A stretch of DNA of 64,000 nt, from contig CAWABB010000001.1 of NCBI GenBank assembly GCA_963780165.1, positions 2,219,591 to 2,283,590 on the forward strand, written 5' to 3'. The notes under the pieces were generated by a model. The model was not told the DNA's origin. It searched no databases and saw only the letters and a program-made list of their open reading frames with translations. A program made the position numbers and the translations under genes. The stretch comes from an uncultured Ignavibacteria bacterium (GTDB lineage: Bacteria > Bacteroidota > Ignavibacteria > UBA10030 > UBA6906). Positions 29,465 to 40,035 of this stretch are shown piece after piece. Position 1 is the stretch's first letter; each line of letters opens with the position of its first letter.

Positions 29465-30646
29465 ATGATGAAGGCGCCGAAAATACTCGTCGTGGATGAC
29501 GAGCCGGATCTGGAGGTCCTGATCAAGCAGCGGTTCCGGAAGCAGATCCGGGACGACGAGCTCCGGTTCGAATTCGCTCAGAACGGCGTCCAGGCGCTGC
29601 AGAAGCTGGAAGAACACCGGGACATCACGATGATCCTTTCGGACATCAACATGCCTGAAATGGACGGCCTGACGCTCCTGGAGCGCGTAGCGGAGCGTAA
29701 CAACCCGGCGCTCAAGTCGGTCATTATTTCGGCGTATGGCGACATGGAAAATATCCGGACCGCGATGAACCGGGGGGCGTTCGATTTTCTCACCAAGCCG
29801 ATCGACTTCGGTGATCTCGAGTTGACCATGCGAAAGACCATGCAGCAGCTTGAGGTCATCGCAAGTGCGCTCACGGTGCGGGACGAGCTCGTCGCAGTGC
29901 AGCGCGACCTGACGACCGCATCACGGATTCAACAGCAGTTGCTGCCGAAGACATTTCCACCATTCCCTGAGCGGCCCGAGGTGGATCTGTTTGCCCGGAT
30001 GCTGACCGCGAAGGAAGTCGGGGGAGACTTCTATGACTTCTACTTCGTGGACGACGACCACCTGGCGTTTGCCGTAGGCGACGTCTCCGGCAAGGGGATC
30101 CCGGCAGCAATCTACATGGCGGTGAGCCGGACGCTTCTGAAGGCGATCGCGCATCAGGTCGCTGATCCCGGAGAGGTCCTGCAACGCCTGAACACGCTGC
30201 TGATCCCCGAGAGCGATGCCCACACGTTTGTGACGGTTTTCTTCGGGATCCTGAACGTGCGCACGGGCGAAGTGCAATACGGCAGCGGCGGGCACAATCC
30301 GCCGTACGTGGTCCGGTCGGGGGGAGCGGTGGAGCAGGTGCCGATGTGCGATGGCGCCCTGCTGGGAAAGATCATGAGGGTCAAGTTTGAAACGAAGCGC
30401 CTGCAGCTCCAGCCGGGGGATTCGATGTTTCTCTACACCGACGGCGTGAGCGAGGCGATGGACCCGGAGATGAACATGTACGATGAGTCGCGCCTGGAGG
30501 CGTACCTGCGGACTGCGACAGGCGCCTCGATCGAGAACCTTGTGCAGGGGAGCATCGCGGACCTGAAGAAACACACGCGCGACGCGTCACAATCGGACGA
30601 CATCACCGTGCTGACGCTGCGGTACGCGGGCCAGAATGGCCGGTAA
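29465..30646 (+). CDS. Response regulator with PP2C/SpoIIE-type phosphatase output (RsbU-like)
   Basis: REC (ILVVDDEPD…ILSDINMPEMDG…) followed by PP2C motifs (…EVGGDFYDF…AVGDVSGKG…YTDGVSEA…). Confidence 0.85.
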   Translation: MMKAPKILVVDDEPDLEVLIKQRFRKQIRDDELRFEFAQNGVQALQKLEEHRDITMILSDINMPEMDGLTLLERVAERNNPALKSVIISAYGDMENIRTAMNRGAFDFLTKPIDFGDLELTMRKTMQQLEVIASALTVRDELVAVQRDLTTASRIQQQLLPKTFPPFPERPEVDLFARMLTAKEVGGDFYDFYFVDDDHLAFAVGDVSGKGIPAAIYMAVSRTLLKAIAHQVADPGEVLQRLNTLLIPESDAHTFVTVFFGILNVRTGEVQYGSGGHNPPYVVRSGGAVEQVPMCDGALLGKIMRVKFETKRLQLQPGDSMFLYTDGVSEAMDPEMNMYDESRLEAYLRTATGASIENLVQGSIADLKKHTRDASQSDDITVLTLRYAGQNGR

Positions 30647-30707
30647 GATTCCATGTGCGTCACCTAGGTGACGCACGTGGGGGTCGTTATGTAAACTCCG
30701 GGGGCCG

Positions 30708-32373
<1,666 letters not shown>

Positions 32374-32381
<8 letters not shown>

Positions 32382-33159
32382 GCGGAATCATTACGATAGA
32401 ATGAGTGGTATCAATGAACGGTTCTCCCTCGTAGTACACATGCTCGAGGAACAGTCCTGATGGGGGGGCGGTGTGTTCTGCAGGACCGTCCGAGGGCTTG
32501 GACAACCACGCCTGCAATTGCTCGGTGCTGATTGATCCGCGGCCGATGCCTGCCAGTGTCCCGACCATGCGGCGCACCATCTTCCAGAGGAAGTGCGACC
32601 CGCGCACATGAACCAGAAGGAGAGCTCCATCTTCGAGAACGGCGCATCGGTCGAGCTGGACGATCGTGCTCTTCTCCTCGGGGTCGTCGTCGGTGAACGA
32701 ACGGAAGTTGTGTCGCCCGAGGAACACCCGCGCGGCCGCCTGCATGGCCGGGGCGTCCAGGGGGTCCTTGATCCACCATACGTACTTCTTTCCGAATGCC
32801 GTCCGTCGGCGCGAGATCTGATAGAGATAGCTTCGGGCAACCGCATGATGCCTGGCGTGGAAGCGGGCATGCACCGGCTCCACGCGTCTGATGTGGATGT
32901 CCGCCGGGAGGCCGTCGTTCAATTTCAGCCGCAGGACCTCAGGCGGCATCATGGTTGTGAAGTCGAGGTGCGCCACCTGACCCAGCGCGTGCACGCCGGC
33001 GTCGGTTCGTCCGGACCCCTGGAGCTCGAACGTGGTGGCTCCCAACGCCCGGGAGAGCGCCTGCTGGATCTCGCCCTGGACGGTCCGGGATGTCTTCTGG
33101 ACCTGCCAGCCGCTGTAGCGGGTTCCGTCGTATTCGATCGTGAGCTTGAGGCGCGGCAC
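32374..33159 (-). CDS. truA: tRNA pseudouridine(38-40) synthase
   Basis: …EYDGTRYSGWQVQ…RTDAGVHALGQVAHLD…; 8-nt overlap with ettA. Confidence 0.88.
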
Positions 33160-33200
33160 CGGGGGTCTTGGGAGTCGGGGTTGTTCAGGATGACAGTGGG

Positions 33201-33226
33201 AAAAAAAAGCCCCGCCTCAGCGGGGC
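33201..33226 (-). terminator. Rho-independent terminator (minus strand) after the lipoprotein gene 33248..33736
   Basis: Minus-strand read GCCCCGCtgagGCGGGGC followed by TTTTTTTT. Confidence 0.75.
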
Positions 33227-33247
33227 CTGGCATCTCGTCTCGCGGGG

Positions 33248-33736
33248 TTACTTCTTCTTCTTGTCGAACTTCGCCATGACCTCCTCAGCGGCCTTCGCGT
33301 GGCTGGTGATGACGTCGCTCGCGCCCTTCATCGCGGCAGCGAGCTGGGTCTGTGTTCCCATCAGCCCTTCCATGTCCTTGTTAAGCTGTGCCATGACCTG
33401 CTCGTGCGGGAGGCCCTCGTCATACGGCTTGTACGCTTTCATCCAGCCGTCCATGGCCGATTTCGCGCCGGCGATCTGCTCTTTCGCGGCGGCAATATCA
33501 TCGGCCGAATGGCCCTCGAGGGCCTTCGGAAACTTCGCCGCGAGCTCTGTGTGCTTTGCCATGGCTGCATCCAGCGCCGCCGTCAGGCTGTCGAGCACCT
33601 TCATCGACGCCATCTGCGTCTCGTGGGCCTTCTGGACCTCAGCGTTCAGGTCCGCTTCGAGCTTCTTCATGTCCGCCGACTTTCCGCACCCGACAAGCGC
33701 GGCGGCGACAACCAGTAATAGCCAACGGGATTTCAT
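33248..33736 (-). CDS. Hypothetical helical lipoprotein
   Basis: MKSRWLLLVVAAALVGCG (lipobox). Ala/Lys-rich helical; ends KKKK. Confidence 0.6.
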   Translation of the reverse strand: MKSRWLLLVVAAALVGCGKSADMKKLEADLNAEVQKAHETQMASMKVLDSLTAALDAAMAKHTELAAKFPKALEGHSADDIAAAKEQIAGAKSAMDGWMKAYKPYDEGLPHEQVMAQLNKDMEGLMGTQTQLAAAMKGASDVITSHAKAAEEVMAKFDKKKK

Positions 33737-33920
33737 GATCCCTCCTATGTGTGAACATCACTCGTGGGACTACGTCCGTGAATATACCAGAAATCCGAAC
33801 CGAATGAAAGGCCAGCCATGCAGCCCACATTGGGCGATTTCCTTACATCCACGTGCAATTTCCCGGCATTGAAGTTGCTGAGACTTGGAGCACTGTACCA
33901 CACCTCTCCAGGAAGCACGC

Positions 33921-35645
33921 ATGGATCGGCACAAAGTCCTCGCTCTCGTCACGGGTCGGGCGGATCAAGAAGTGGAAGTCGCGGGTGCAGCTGCGGTCCC
34001 GGACGCTGCGAACAAGACGCTCCCGAAGGTTCTTCGGACGACGGCGGGTGTTGAGCCGTACGCGGGACCCTGGGGACCTCTGCAGATCGGGCACCTCCTC
34101 CGGCGCACCACATTTGGAGCGTCGCGAGCAGACCGCGAGAATCTAACCGCGTTGTCGATCGACCAGGCCATTGACCGCGTCCTTGACGATGCGGTGCCCG
34201 ACACAACCCTTCCGCTCAACGCTGACACCCGGGACCTGGTCCCGGTTGGAGTCACGTGGGTCAATGCGATTGCCAGGGATCCTGCGTCGACGTTCAGCCC
34301 AACCGGTGTGCGGATGAACTCGTTGCGCTCCTGGTGGATGCAGCGGATGATTCAGCAACAGGCATCGGTCCGGGAGAAGATGGTCCTCTTCTGGCACAGC
34401 CATTTCGTCACGGAAATACCGGATGTTGGCGACCCGAGATTCTCATACCGCTATGTTGACCTGATCCGCCGGAATGCCCTCGGCAATTTTCGTGCGTTCG
34501 CCCGCGACATGACGTTCGAAGGAGCGATGTTGCTCTACCTGAACGGCAACACCAACACGCGCACCAACCCGAACGAGAACTATGCCCGTGAGCTGCAGGA
34601 GCTATTCACGATCGGGAAGGGGCCGGAGGTCGCGCCCGGAGATTACACCAACTACACAGAGGTCGACGTCAGGGCGGCGGCGCGTGTGCTGACCGGCTGG
34701 AGGACGCAGACGAATACCGACGGGACGGTGGGCGCGGTGACCTGGAGGTTCGACTCGACACGACACGATCCCACCGACAAGCAGTTCTCCCATCGATACC
34801 AGGACCGGGTCGTCACCGGCCGGAGCGGCGAGGCGGGGGCGCAAGAGTTGGACGACCTGATCGCGATGATCTTCGATCAGCCTGAGACGGCCCGCTACCT
34901 GTGCCGGAAGCTGTACCGCTGGTTCGTGTACTACGTGATCGACGACCAGGTGGAAGACACGGTCATCGCTCCGATGGCGGACCTGCTCCGAGCCTCACAC
35001 TACGAAGTGAAGCCGGTGCTGCGCCTCCTCTTCCGTAGCGCGCACTTCTTCGATCCCGTGAACACGGGATGTGTCATCAAGAGTCCGCTGGATCTGACTG
35101 TGGGGATGGTGCGGGAGTTCGAGATGGCGATCCCCGCCGCCGATCTGGCGCAGGAATACACGTTCCTCCTCTACCTCGTCAATCAGGCATCAGCGATGCA
35201 GCAGTCTCTCGGGCAGCCGCCCGATGTGGCCGGGTGGTCCGCGTACTATCAGTCGCCCCAGTACTATGAACTGTGGATCAACTCTGACACGCTGCCGCGG
35301 AGGACGAGGCTGAGCAACACGTTCGCGCGCACAGGGTATACGACGGGAGGGTCCACACTCATCATCGATCCGCTCGCGTTTGCGGCGGGGCTGACCATGC
35401 CGGAGGAGCCGGATCGCCTGATCGATGAGCTGTGCGAGTATCTGTATGCGCTTCCGCTCACGGCGGGACAGAGAGCATTCCTGAAGAACACGCTGATCCC
35501 CGGGCTGCCGGATTACGAATGGACGGTAGAGTGGATGGACTACGTCAACGACCCGACGAACCCGCTGAAGGCCACGCCGGTCAAGACCAAGCTGCAGACA
35601 TTGCTCTCGACAATGATGCAGATGCCCGAATATCAGTTGCACTGA
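33921..35645 (+). CDS. DUF1800-family protein
   Basis: …IGHLLRRTTFGAS…WHSHFVT…NENYARELQELFTIGKG… is characteristic of DUF1800. Paired with the downstream DUF1501 gene. Start uncertain (ORF 33885). Confidence 0.65.
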   Translation: MDRHKVLALVTGRADQEVEVAGAAAVPDAANKTLPKVLRTTAGVEPYAGPWGPLQIGHLLRRTTFGASRADRENLTALSIDQAIDRVLDDAVPDTTLPLNADTRDLVPVGVTWVNAIARDPASTFSPTGVRMNSLRSWWMQRMIQQQASVREKMVLFWHSHFVTEIPDVGDPRFSYRYVDLIRRNALGNFRAFARDMTFEGAMLLYLNGNTNTRTNPNENYARELQELFTIGKGPEVAPGDYTNYTEVDVRAAARVLTGWRTQTNTDGTVGAVTWRFDSTRHDPTDKQFSHRYQDRVVTGRSGEAGAQELDDLIAMIFDQPETARYLCRKLYRWFVYYVIDDQVEDTVIAPMADLLRASHYEVKPVLRLLFRSAHFFDPVNTGCVIKSPLDLTVGMVREFEMAIPAADLAQEYTFLLYLVNQASAMQQSLGQPPDVAGWSAYYQSPQYYELWINSDTLPRRTRLSNTFARTGYTTGGSTLIIDPLAFAAGLTMPEEPDRLIDELCEYLYALPLTAGQRAFLKNTLIPGLPDYEWTVEWMDYVNDPTNPLKATPVKTKLQTLLSTMMQMPEYQLH

Positions 35646-35656
35646 GGACGTTTCGT

Positions 35657-37234
35657 ATGGATCGAAGAGGATTTCTTGCCCGTGCAGTGCCGGTAACGAC
35701 AATCCCGTTCCTGGTCGGCGGGTTCAGGCTGCGCGCCTATGCACGGGGACCCCTGCTGAAGGCTCTGTCGGCCTCGTCCGTCGAGGACCGGGTCCTCGTG
35801 ATCGTTCAGATGAACGGCGGGAACGACGGCTTGAACACTGTCATACCGCTGGATCAGTACTCAGCGTTGAGTGCGGTCCGGGGGAACATCCTGATCCGGG
35901 AGGACAAGGTGCTTCGGTTGTCGAGCGCAACCGGGCTGCACCCGGCGATGTCCGGCATGCACCGGCTGTACGGTGACGGAAAGCTCGGGATCGTCCAGGG
36001 GGTGGGGTATCCGAGCCCGAATTTCTCGCACTTCCGTGCAACGGACATCTGGCTCACGGCGGCGGATTCCGGGCAGGTGCTGTCGACGGGATGGATGGGA
36101 CGATACGTCTCTGAGGAATACCCCGGCTATCCCGCCGCCTATCCGACCACCGGAATGCCCGACCCGCCCGCGATACAGATCGGCTCCGTTGTGTCGCCAG
36201 GGCTTGTCGGCCATGATGGCCCTGGCGGAATTGCTGTCTCAAACACAAGTTCGACATTCACGCTTCCGGGCGGGTTCGACATCCCGCCTGATTCACCGGC
36301 CGGCCACGAGCTTACGTATATCAGGACGGTAGCGGAGCAGACGGAGCAGTATTCGGCGGTGATACGATCCGCCGCCGGGCGTGCGCGTAATCTCTCGGCC
36401 CTCTATCCCAACCCCGGCCGGAACCCGCTGGCCGATCAGCTCAAGATCGTGGCGCAGCTGGTTGCCGGCGGATTGAAGACACGAATCTTTGTCGTGAACA
36501 TAGGGGGGTTCGACACACATTCGGGGCAGGTCGCGTCGGGCGCGACAGAGACGGGGGCGCATGCCACGCTCCTGGACCGGCTGTCGGTTGCCATCACAGC
36601 GTTCATGGACGACCTGCGTTTGCTCGGCATCGATCATCGGGTGGTGGGGATGACATTCTCGGAGTTCGGGCGGCGCATCACATCAAACGCGAGCCTGGGC
36701 ACCGATCACGGCACATCGGCGCCGATGTTCCTCTTCGGCACGCCCGTGAGTCCACGGATCTTCGGATCGAACCCGGAGATTCCCCCAACGGCGACGAGCA
36801 GGGACAACCTTGGGATGCAGCACGACTTCCGTTCGGTCTACGCGTCGATTCTGAAGGACTGGCTCGGGGCCTCAAGCGCTGAAACGGAGTCTGTGCTGTT
36901 GAAGAACGACCTCGCGACGCTGCCGCTGATCGACTACGCTGCCCGCGCATCGGGGATGGACGTGGTTCCGGCATCATACGCCCTGATGCAGAATTATCCC
37001 AATCCGTTCAATCCGCTCACGACGATCGTGTACGAGCTTCCGGAGCCTGCGCACGTGCGGATTGCGGTATACGACAGTGCGGGCGAGGAGGTGGCTGTAC
37101 TTGTGGATGGCGGGATAGCGGCGGGGAGGAAGTCCGTGGACTTCAACGGGTTCAATCTGGCGAGCGGCGTGTACTTCTACCGCATGACAGCGGGGAGCTT
37201 CAGCGAATCGAAGAGGATGGTGCTGGTTCGGTAA
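35657..37234 (+). CDS. DUF1501-family protein with twin-arginine signal and T9SS C-terminal domain
   Basis: MDRRGFLARAV (RRxFL). …VIVQMNGGNDGLNTV…FDTH…GTDHG… is the DUF1501 core. C-terminus …NYPNPFNPLTTIVY…VYFYRMTAGSFSESKRMVLVR. Confidence 0.7.
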   Translation: MDRRGFLARAVPVTTIPFLVGGFRLRAYARGPLLKALSASSVEDRVLVIVQMNGGNDGLNTVIPLDQYSALSAVRGNILIREDKVLRLSSATGLHPAMSGMHRLYGDGKLGIVQGVGYPSPNFSHFRATDIWLTAADSGQVLSTGWMGRYVSEEYPGYPAAYPTTGMPDPPAIQIGSVVSPGLVGHDGPGGIAVSNTSSTFTLPGGFDIPPDSPAGHELTYIRTVAEQTEQYSAVIRSAAGRARNLSALYPNPGRNPLADQLKIVAQLVAGGLKTRIFVVNIGGFDTHSGQVASGATETGAHATLLDRLSVAITAFMDDLRLLGIDHRVVGMTFSEFGRRITSNASLGTDHGTSAPMFLFGTPVSPRIFGSNPEIPPTATSRDNLGMQHDFRSVYASILKDWLGASSAETESVLLKNDLATLPLIDYAARASGMDVVPASYALMQNYPNPFNPLTTIVYELPEPAHVRIAVYDSAGEEVAVLVDGGIAAGRKSVDFNGFNLASGVYFYRMTAGSFSESKRMVLVR

Positions 37235-37327
37235 GCGCGTGCAGGCCAACACGCTCATCGCCCATCCGCGCGAGGGAACGGCAGGTGATGAGGTCCCCGC
37301 GTTGGACGTGAGTGGTTCTCCGGATCT

Positions 37328-38617
37328 CTAGACGCCTCCCGGCGGCGAGACCAGGATGGTTCCCCCTTCACCCACCGCGACGTACTGGAAGTCGTGCCAG
37401 ATGACGTCCCGGAGCCGTTGCGGCACCTGCGTGGTGGTGCGGTTCCAGGTGCGGCCATCCTGTGAGGTGAGAATATTCCACCCGACCGTGACGAGCGGCC
37501 CCTCGCCGGACGCGACGCCATATTGCGTGGTCGCATCCAGGGTGTAGCGCTGCCAGTCCGTCCCATTGCCGGAGACGAATGACACGCCCCCCGTGCCTGC
37601 CGTGATAAATGCGCTGCCCGCCCATGTGATGTCGAAAATACTGTAGTCCGTTCCTGGCAGCGTGACCGGCACCCAGGTGAGCCCGTCCGGCGAGGTCAGA
37701 ACGATCACGTCCGCCGGGAAGCTCTCCTGCATAGCAGCTGCGACGAACCGGGTCCCCGACCACACAACCGACTGCAGGCTCCGGTACTGCAGCGAGGGAC
37801 CGCGCTCGGTCCACGCGAGGCCATCCGGGGACGTGAGAATCACCGTGGTATCAGTGCTCCCGCCAGGCAGCATGGGGGAGCTGCCCACGGCAACAATCAA
37901 TCCTCCTCCCGCGGTCACGCCGTAAAGGGCGCCCTCCGCCCGAGGCGCGCTGGCGGGCGTCCACGATATCCCGTCCGGCGACACAAGAATCGCTATGTTA
38001 TCGCCCACGGCGATAAACTGCTGTCCGGACCAGGCGATCGCCCGCAGGTGTGCGCCGATTCCGGAGGCCCTGGGTGCCCATGCCCGACCGTCAGGGGACG
38101 TCACGATTGTCCCGCCTGTTCCGACCGCGACAATCATCGACTCACTGGCTGCAACACCGAGGAGTCCAGCGGTGGTACCAGAGGGGCGGTATCCCCATGA
38201 GGCTCCGGACCGGTCGCGCGCGACGCGGAAGATCTTCGACGTCGGATTGGATCGGTTTCCTTTGCTGTCGATCAGCGTGACGGTCACGTTGAACGATCCC
38301 ACGGCGCCTGTTGCCACGCGGAGTTCTCCGATCAACGTGCCGGCCGTCATGCCTGCTGCACTGGTGGCCGCGATGGTATCTGAGCCGCCCGGCGTAATGG
38401 ACAGGAGGAGTGTCGCGAGGTCGCCGTCGATATCCGAGAACGTGACTGATCCGCGCACGGTCACAATATCCCCCCATGGATAGTAGGCCGCAGAATCCGG
38501 GGAAAACGTAAAGTTCGTGATCACGGGAGCGTTGCCGCGAGAGCTGTCGGGCCCTGTGCTGTCATCGCATCCGGCAACCACAACGGCCATCAGAAGGAGG
38601 GAAGCGAATGATCTCAT
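37328..38617 (-). CDS. β-propeller lipoprotein with BNR/Ycf48-like SxDGxxW repeats
   Basis: MRSFASLLLMAVVVAGC (lipobox). Repeats I[VL]TSPDG[RLI][AST]W…. Confidence 0.6.
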   Translation of the reverse strand: MRSFASLLLMAVVVAGCDDSTGPDSSRGNAPVITNFTFSPDSAAYYPWGDIVTVRGSVTFSDIDGDLATLLLSITPGGSDTIAATSAAGMTAGTLIGELRVATGAVGSFNVTVTLIDSKGNRSNPTSKIFRVARDRSGASWGYRPSGTTAGLLGVAASESMIVAVGTGGTIVTSPDGRAWAPRASGIGAHLRAIAWSGQQFIAVGDNIAILVSPDGISWTPASAPRAEGALYGVTAGGGLIVAVGSSPMLPGGSTDTTVILTSPDGLAWTERGPSLQYRSLQSVVWSGTRFVAAAMQESFPADVIVLTSPDGLTWVPVTLPGTDYSIFDITWAGSAFITAGTGGVSFVSGNGTDWQRYTLDATTQYGVASGEGPLVTVGWNILTSQDGRTWNRTTTQVPQRLRDVIWHDFQYVAVGEGGTILVSPPGGV

Positions 38618-39006
38618 CGAGGTATGACCTGTAAGGCAGAGCGCGGGTACACGGGATATTCCATGCGCAAATGTAGGGATTTCGGAAGGGAAAGTCGAGG
38701 CAGCCAGCCCGTTGCAACTGTCACTGCGCCGCGTGCCTGCACGGCCCGGACCTGGAAACACCCGGCAGAAGGATCTCGCACGCCTCTCAGTTTCACCTCA
38801 GCCGGTTCACATCGGCTGGCGATCAACGGAACGGAACTTGCATTTGTTGATCTCGGCGAAGTACATTGCTATCAGAGACTCCATCGCGCCCGAGGCCCCG
38901 CATACACGGGCCGCCGCTCCTGACCCCGATCCGGATCCCTCCGCTCTCGAGCCCGCCCCGACGACCCATAGGCGCCTGCACTGTTGTGAAACAGTCAAGG
39001 GAGGCA

Positions 39007-39119
39007 CCATGCGTACGCTCATGCCGGCGTCCCTGGCTGCGTTGCTCTCTGTCCCCATCGCAGCCCAGGTCGACACGATCACGATATTTTATGTCAACGA
39101 CTCCCACTCCAGCGCTTGA
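39007..39119 (+). pseudogene. Remnant of a 5'-nucleotidase/metallophosphoesterase gene (signal peptide + first motif only)
   Basis: AAGGGAGG-N6-ATG MRTLMPASLAALLSVPIAAQVDTITIFYVNDSHSSA* is a signal peptide plus the ITI..NDxH metallophosphoesterase motif I, then a stop after 36 codons. No continuation in any frame. Confidence 0.45.
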
Positions 39120-39198
39120 GGGCGGGGGACTTCACTGAGACAAAGAAGCTTGTGGTCGCGAAGTAAGCCGGGGTGTTTGGGAAACTGCAAAGTGCATA

Positions 39199-39675
39199 TT
39201 GCGAAAGGCCTTCCGTCCCATGACATACTCTCATACGCAGGTTGGCGCGCCCATGATAGCGGGGCTGGTGACCATGACCGTGGCGGCGTTCGTCGTAACG
39301 GCGGTTGCTCCCCCACCCGGCGGTCCCCTGACGGGCGTGATCGTGCTGCTCGGAGCGCTCGTGATGGCCTCCTTCGTATCGCTGACCGTCGAGATCCACG
39401 GGGGATCACTCACCTGCCGTTTCGGTCCCGGCTTCATCAAGAAAGACATTCCTCTCGTGGAGATCGCGAACGCGACGGCGGTCAAGAATCCCTGGTTTGT
39501 TGGTTGGGGAATCCGCTGGTATCCAGGCCGCTGCTGGATCTGGAACGTCTCCGGTCTCCAGGCGGTCGAGCTCGAGTACAGGAATGGCCGCAGGTTCCGG
39601 ATCGGCACGGATGAGCCGGAAGCACTTGTGCGGGCCATTCAATCGCTTATTGGTCCGGGCAACCCTGCAGGGTAA
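39199..39675 (+). CDS. Small hypothetical membrane protein (2 TM + C-terminal soluble domain)
   Basis: …MIAGLVTMTVAAFVVTAV…GVIVLLGALVMASFVSL…; followed by a terminator. Start could be the Met at 39220. Confidence 0.5.
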   Translation: MRKAFRPMTYSHTQVGAPMIAGLVTMTVAAFVVTAVAPPPGGPLTGVIVLLGALVMASFVSLTVEIHGGSLTCRFGPGFIKKDIPLVEIANATAVKNPWFVGWGIRWYPGRCWIWNVSGLQAVELEYRNGRRFRIGTDEPEALVRAIQSLIGPGNPAG

Positions 39676-39747
39676 CCCTGCCTCTTCTTCCGCCTCGAGT
39701 GTGACTCAAGTGTGTCACCTCACTGACACACCTGGATGAAGTCCAGA

Positions 39748-39777
39748 GGGCCCCTTTCCGCGGGGCCTTGCTTTTGT
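39748..39777 (+). terminator. Rho-independent terminator
   Basis: GGGCCCCtttccgcGGGGCC followed by TTGCTTTTGT. Confidence 0.65.
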
Positions 39778-40035
39778 CGGTGGCCGCAGCGTACATTCTG
39801 GCGACACACCGTTTGGCGCCTGACGGTTTCCCCGGCCGGATGGCCGCCGAAGCTGGACCCTGATCCAGTACCTCTGTCGTAGAGCCCACCTCCGACGACC
39901 ACCGGTTGTACATGTGGATGAAGAACGTCCCTGGGGGGACATACGAGCGAACAGGCGCGATTGACGACTCGGCAACGAACCGACGTCTGCACACATCGAC
40001 CTCCTCGGTCCGGTGTGCGCATTAAGGTGGGAACA

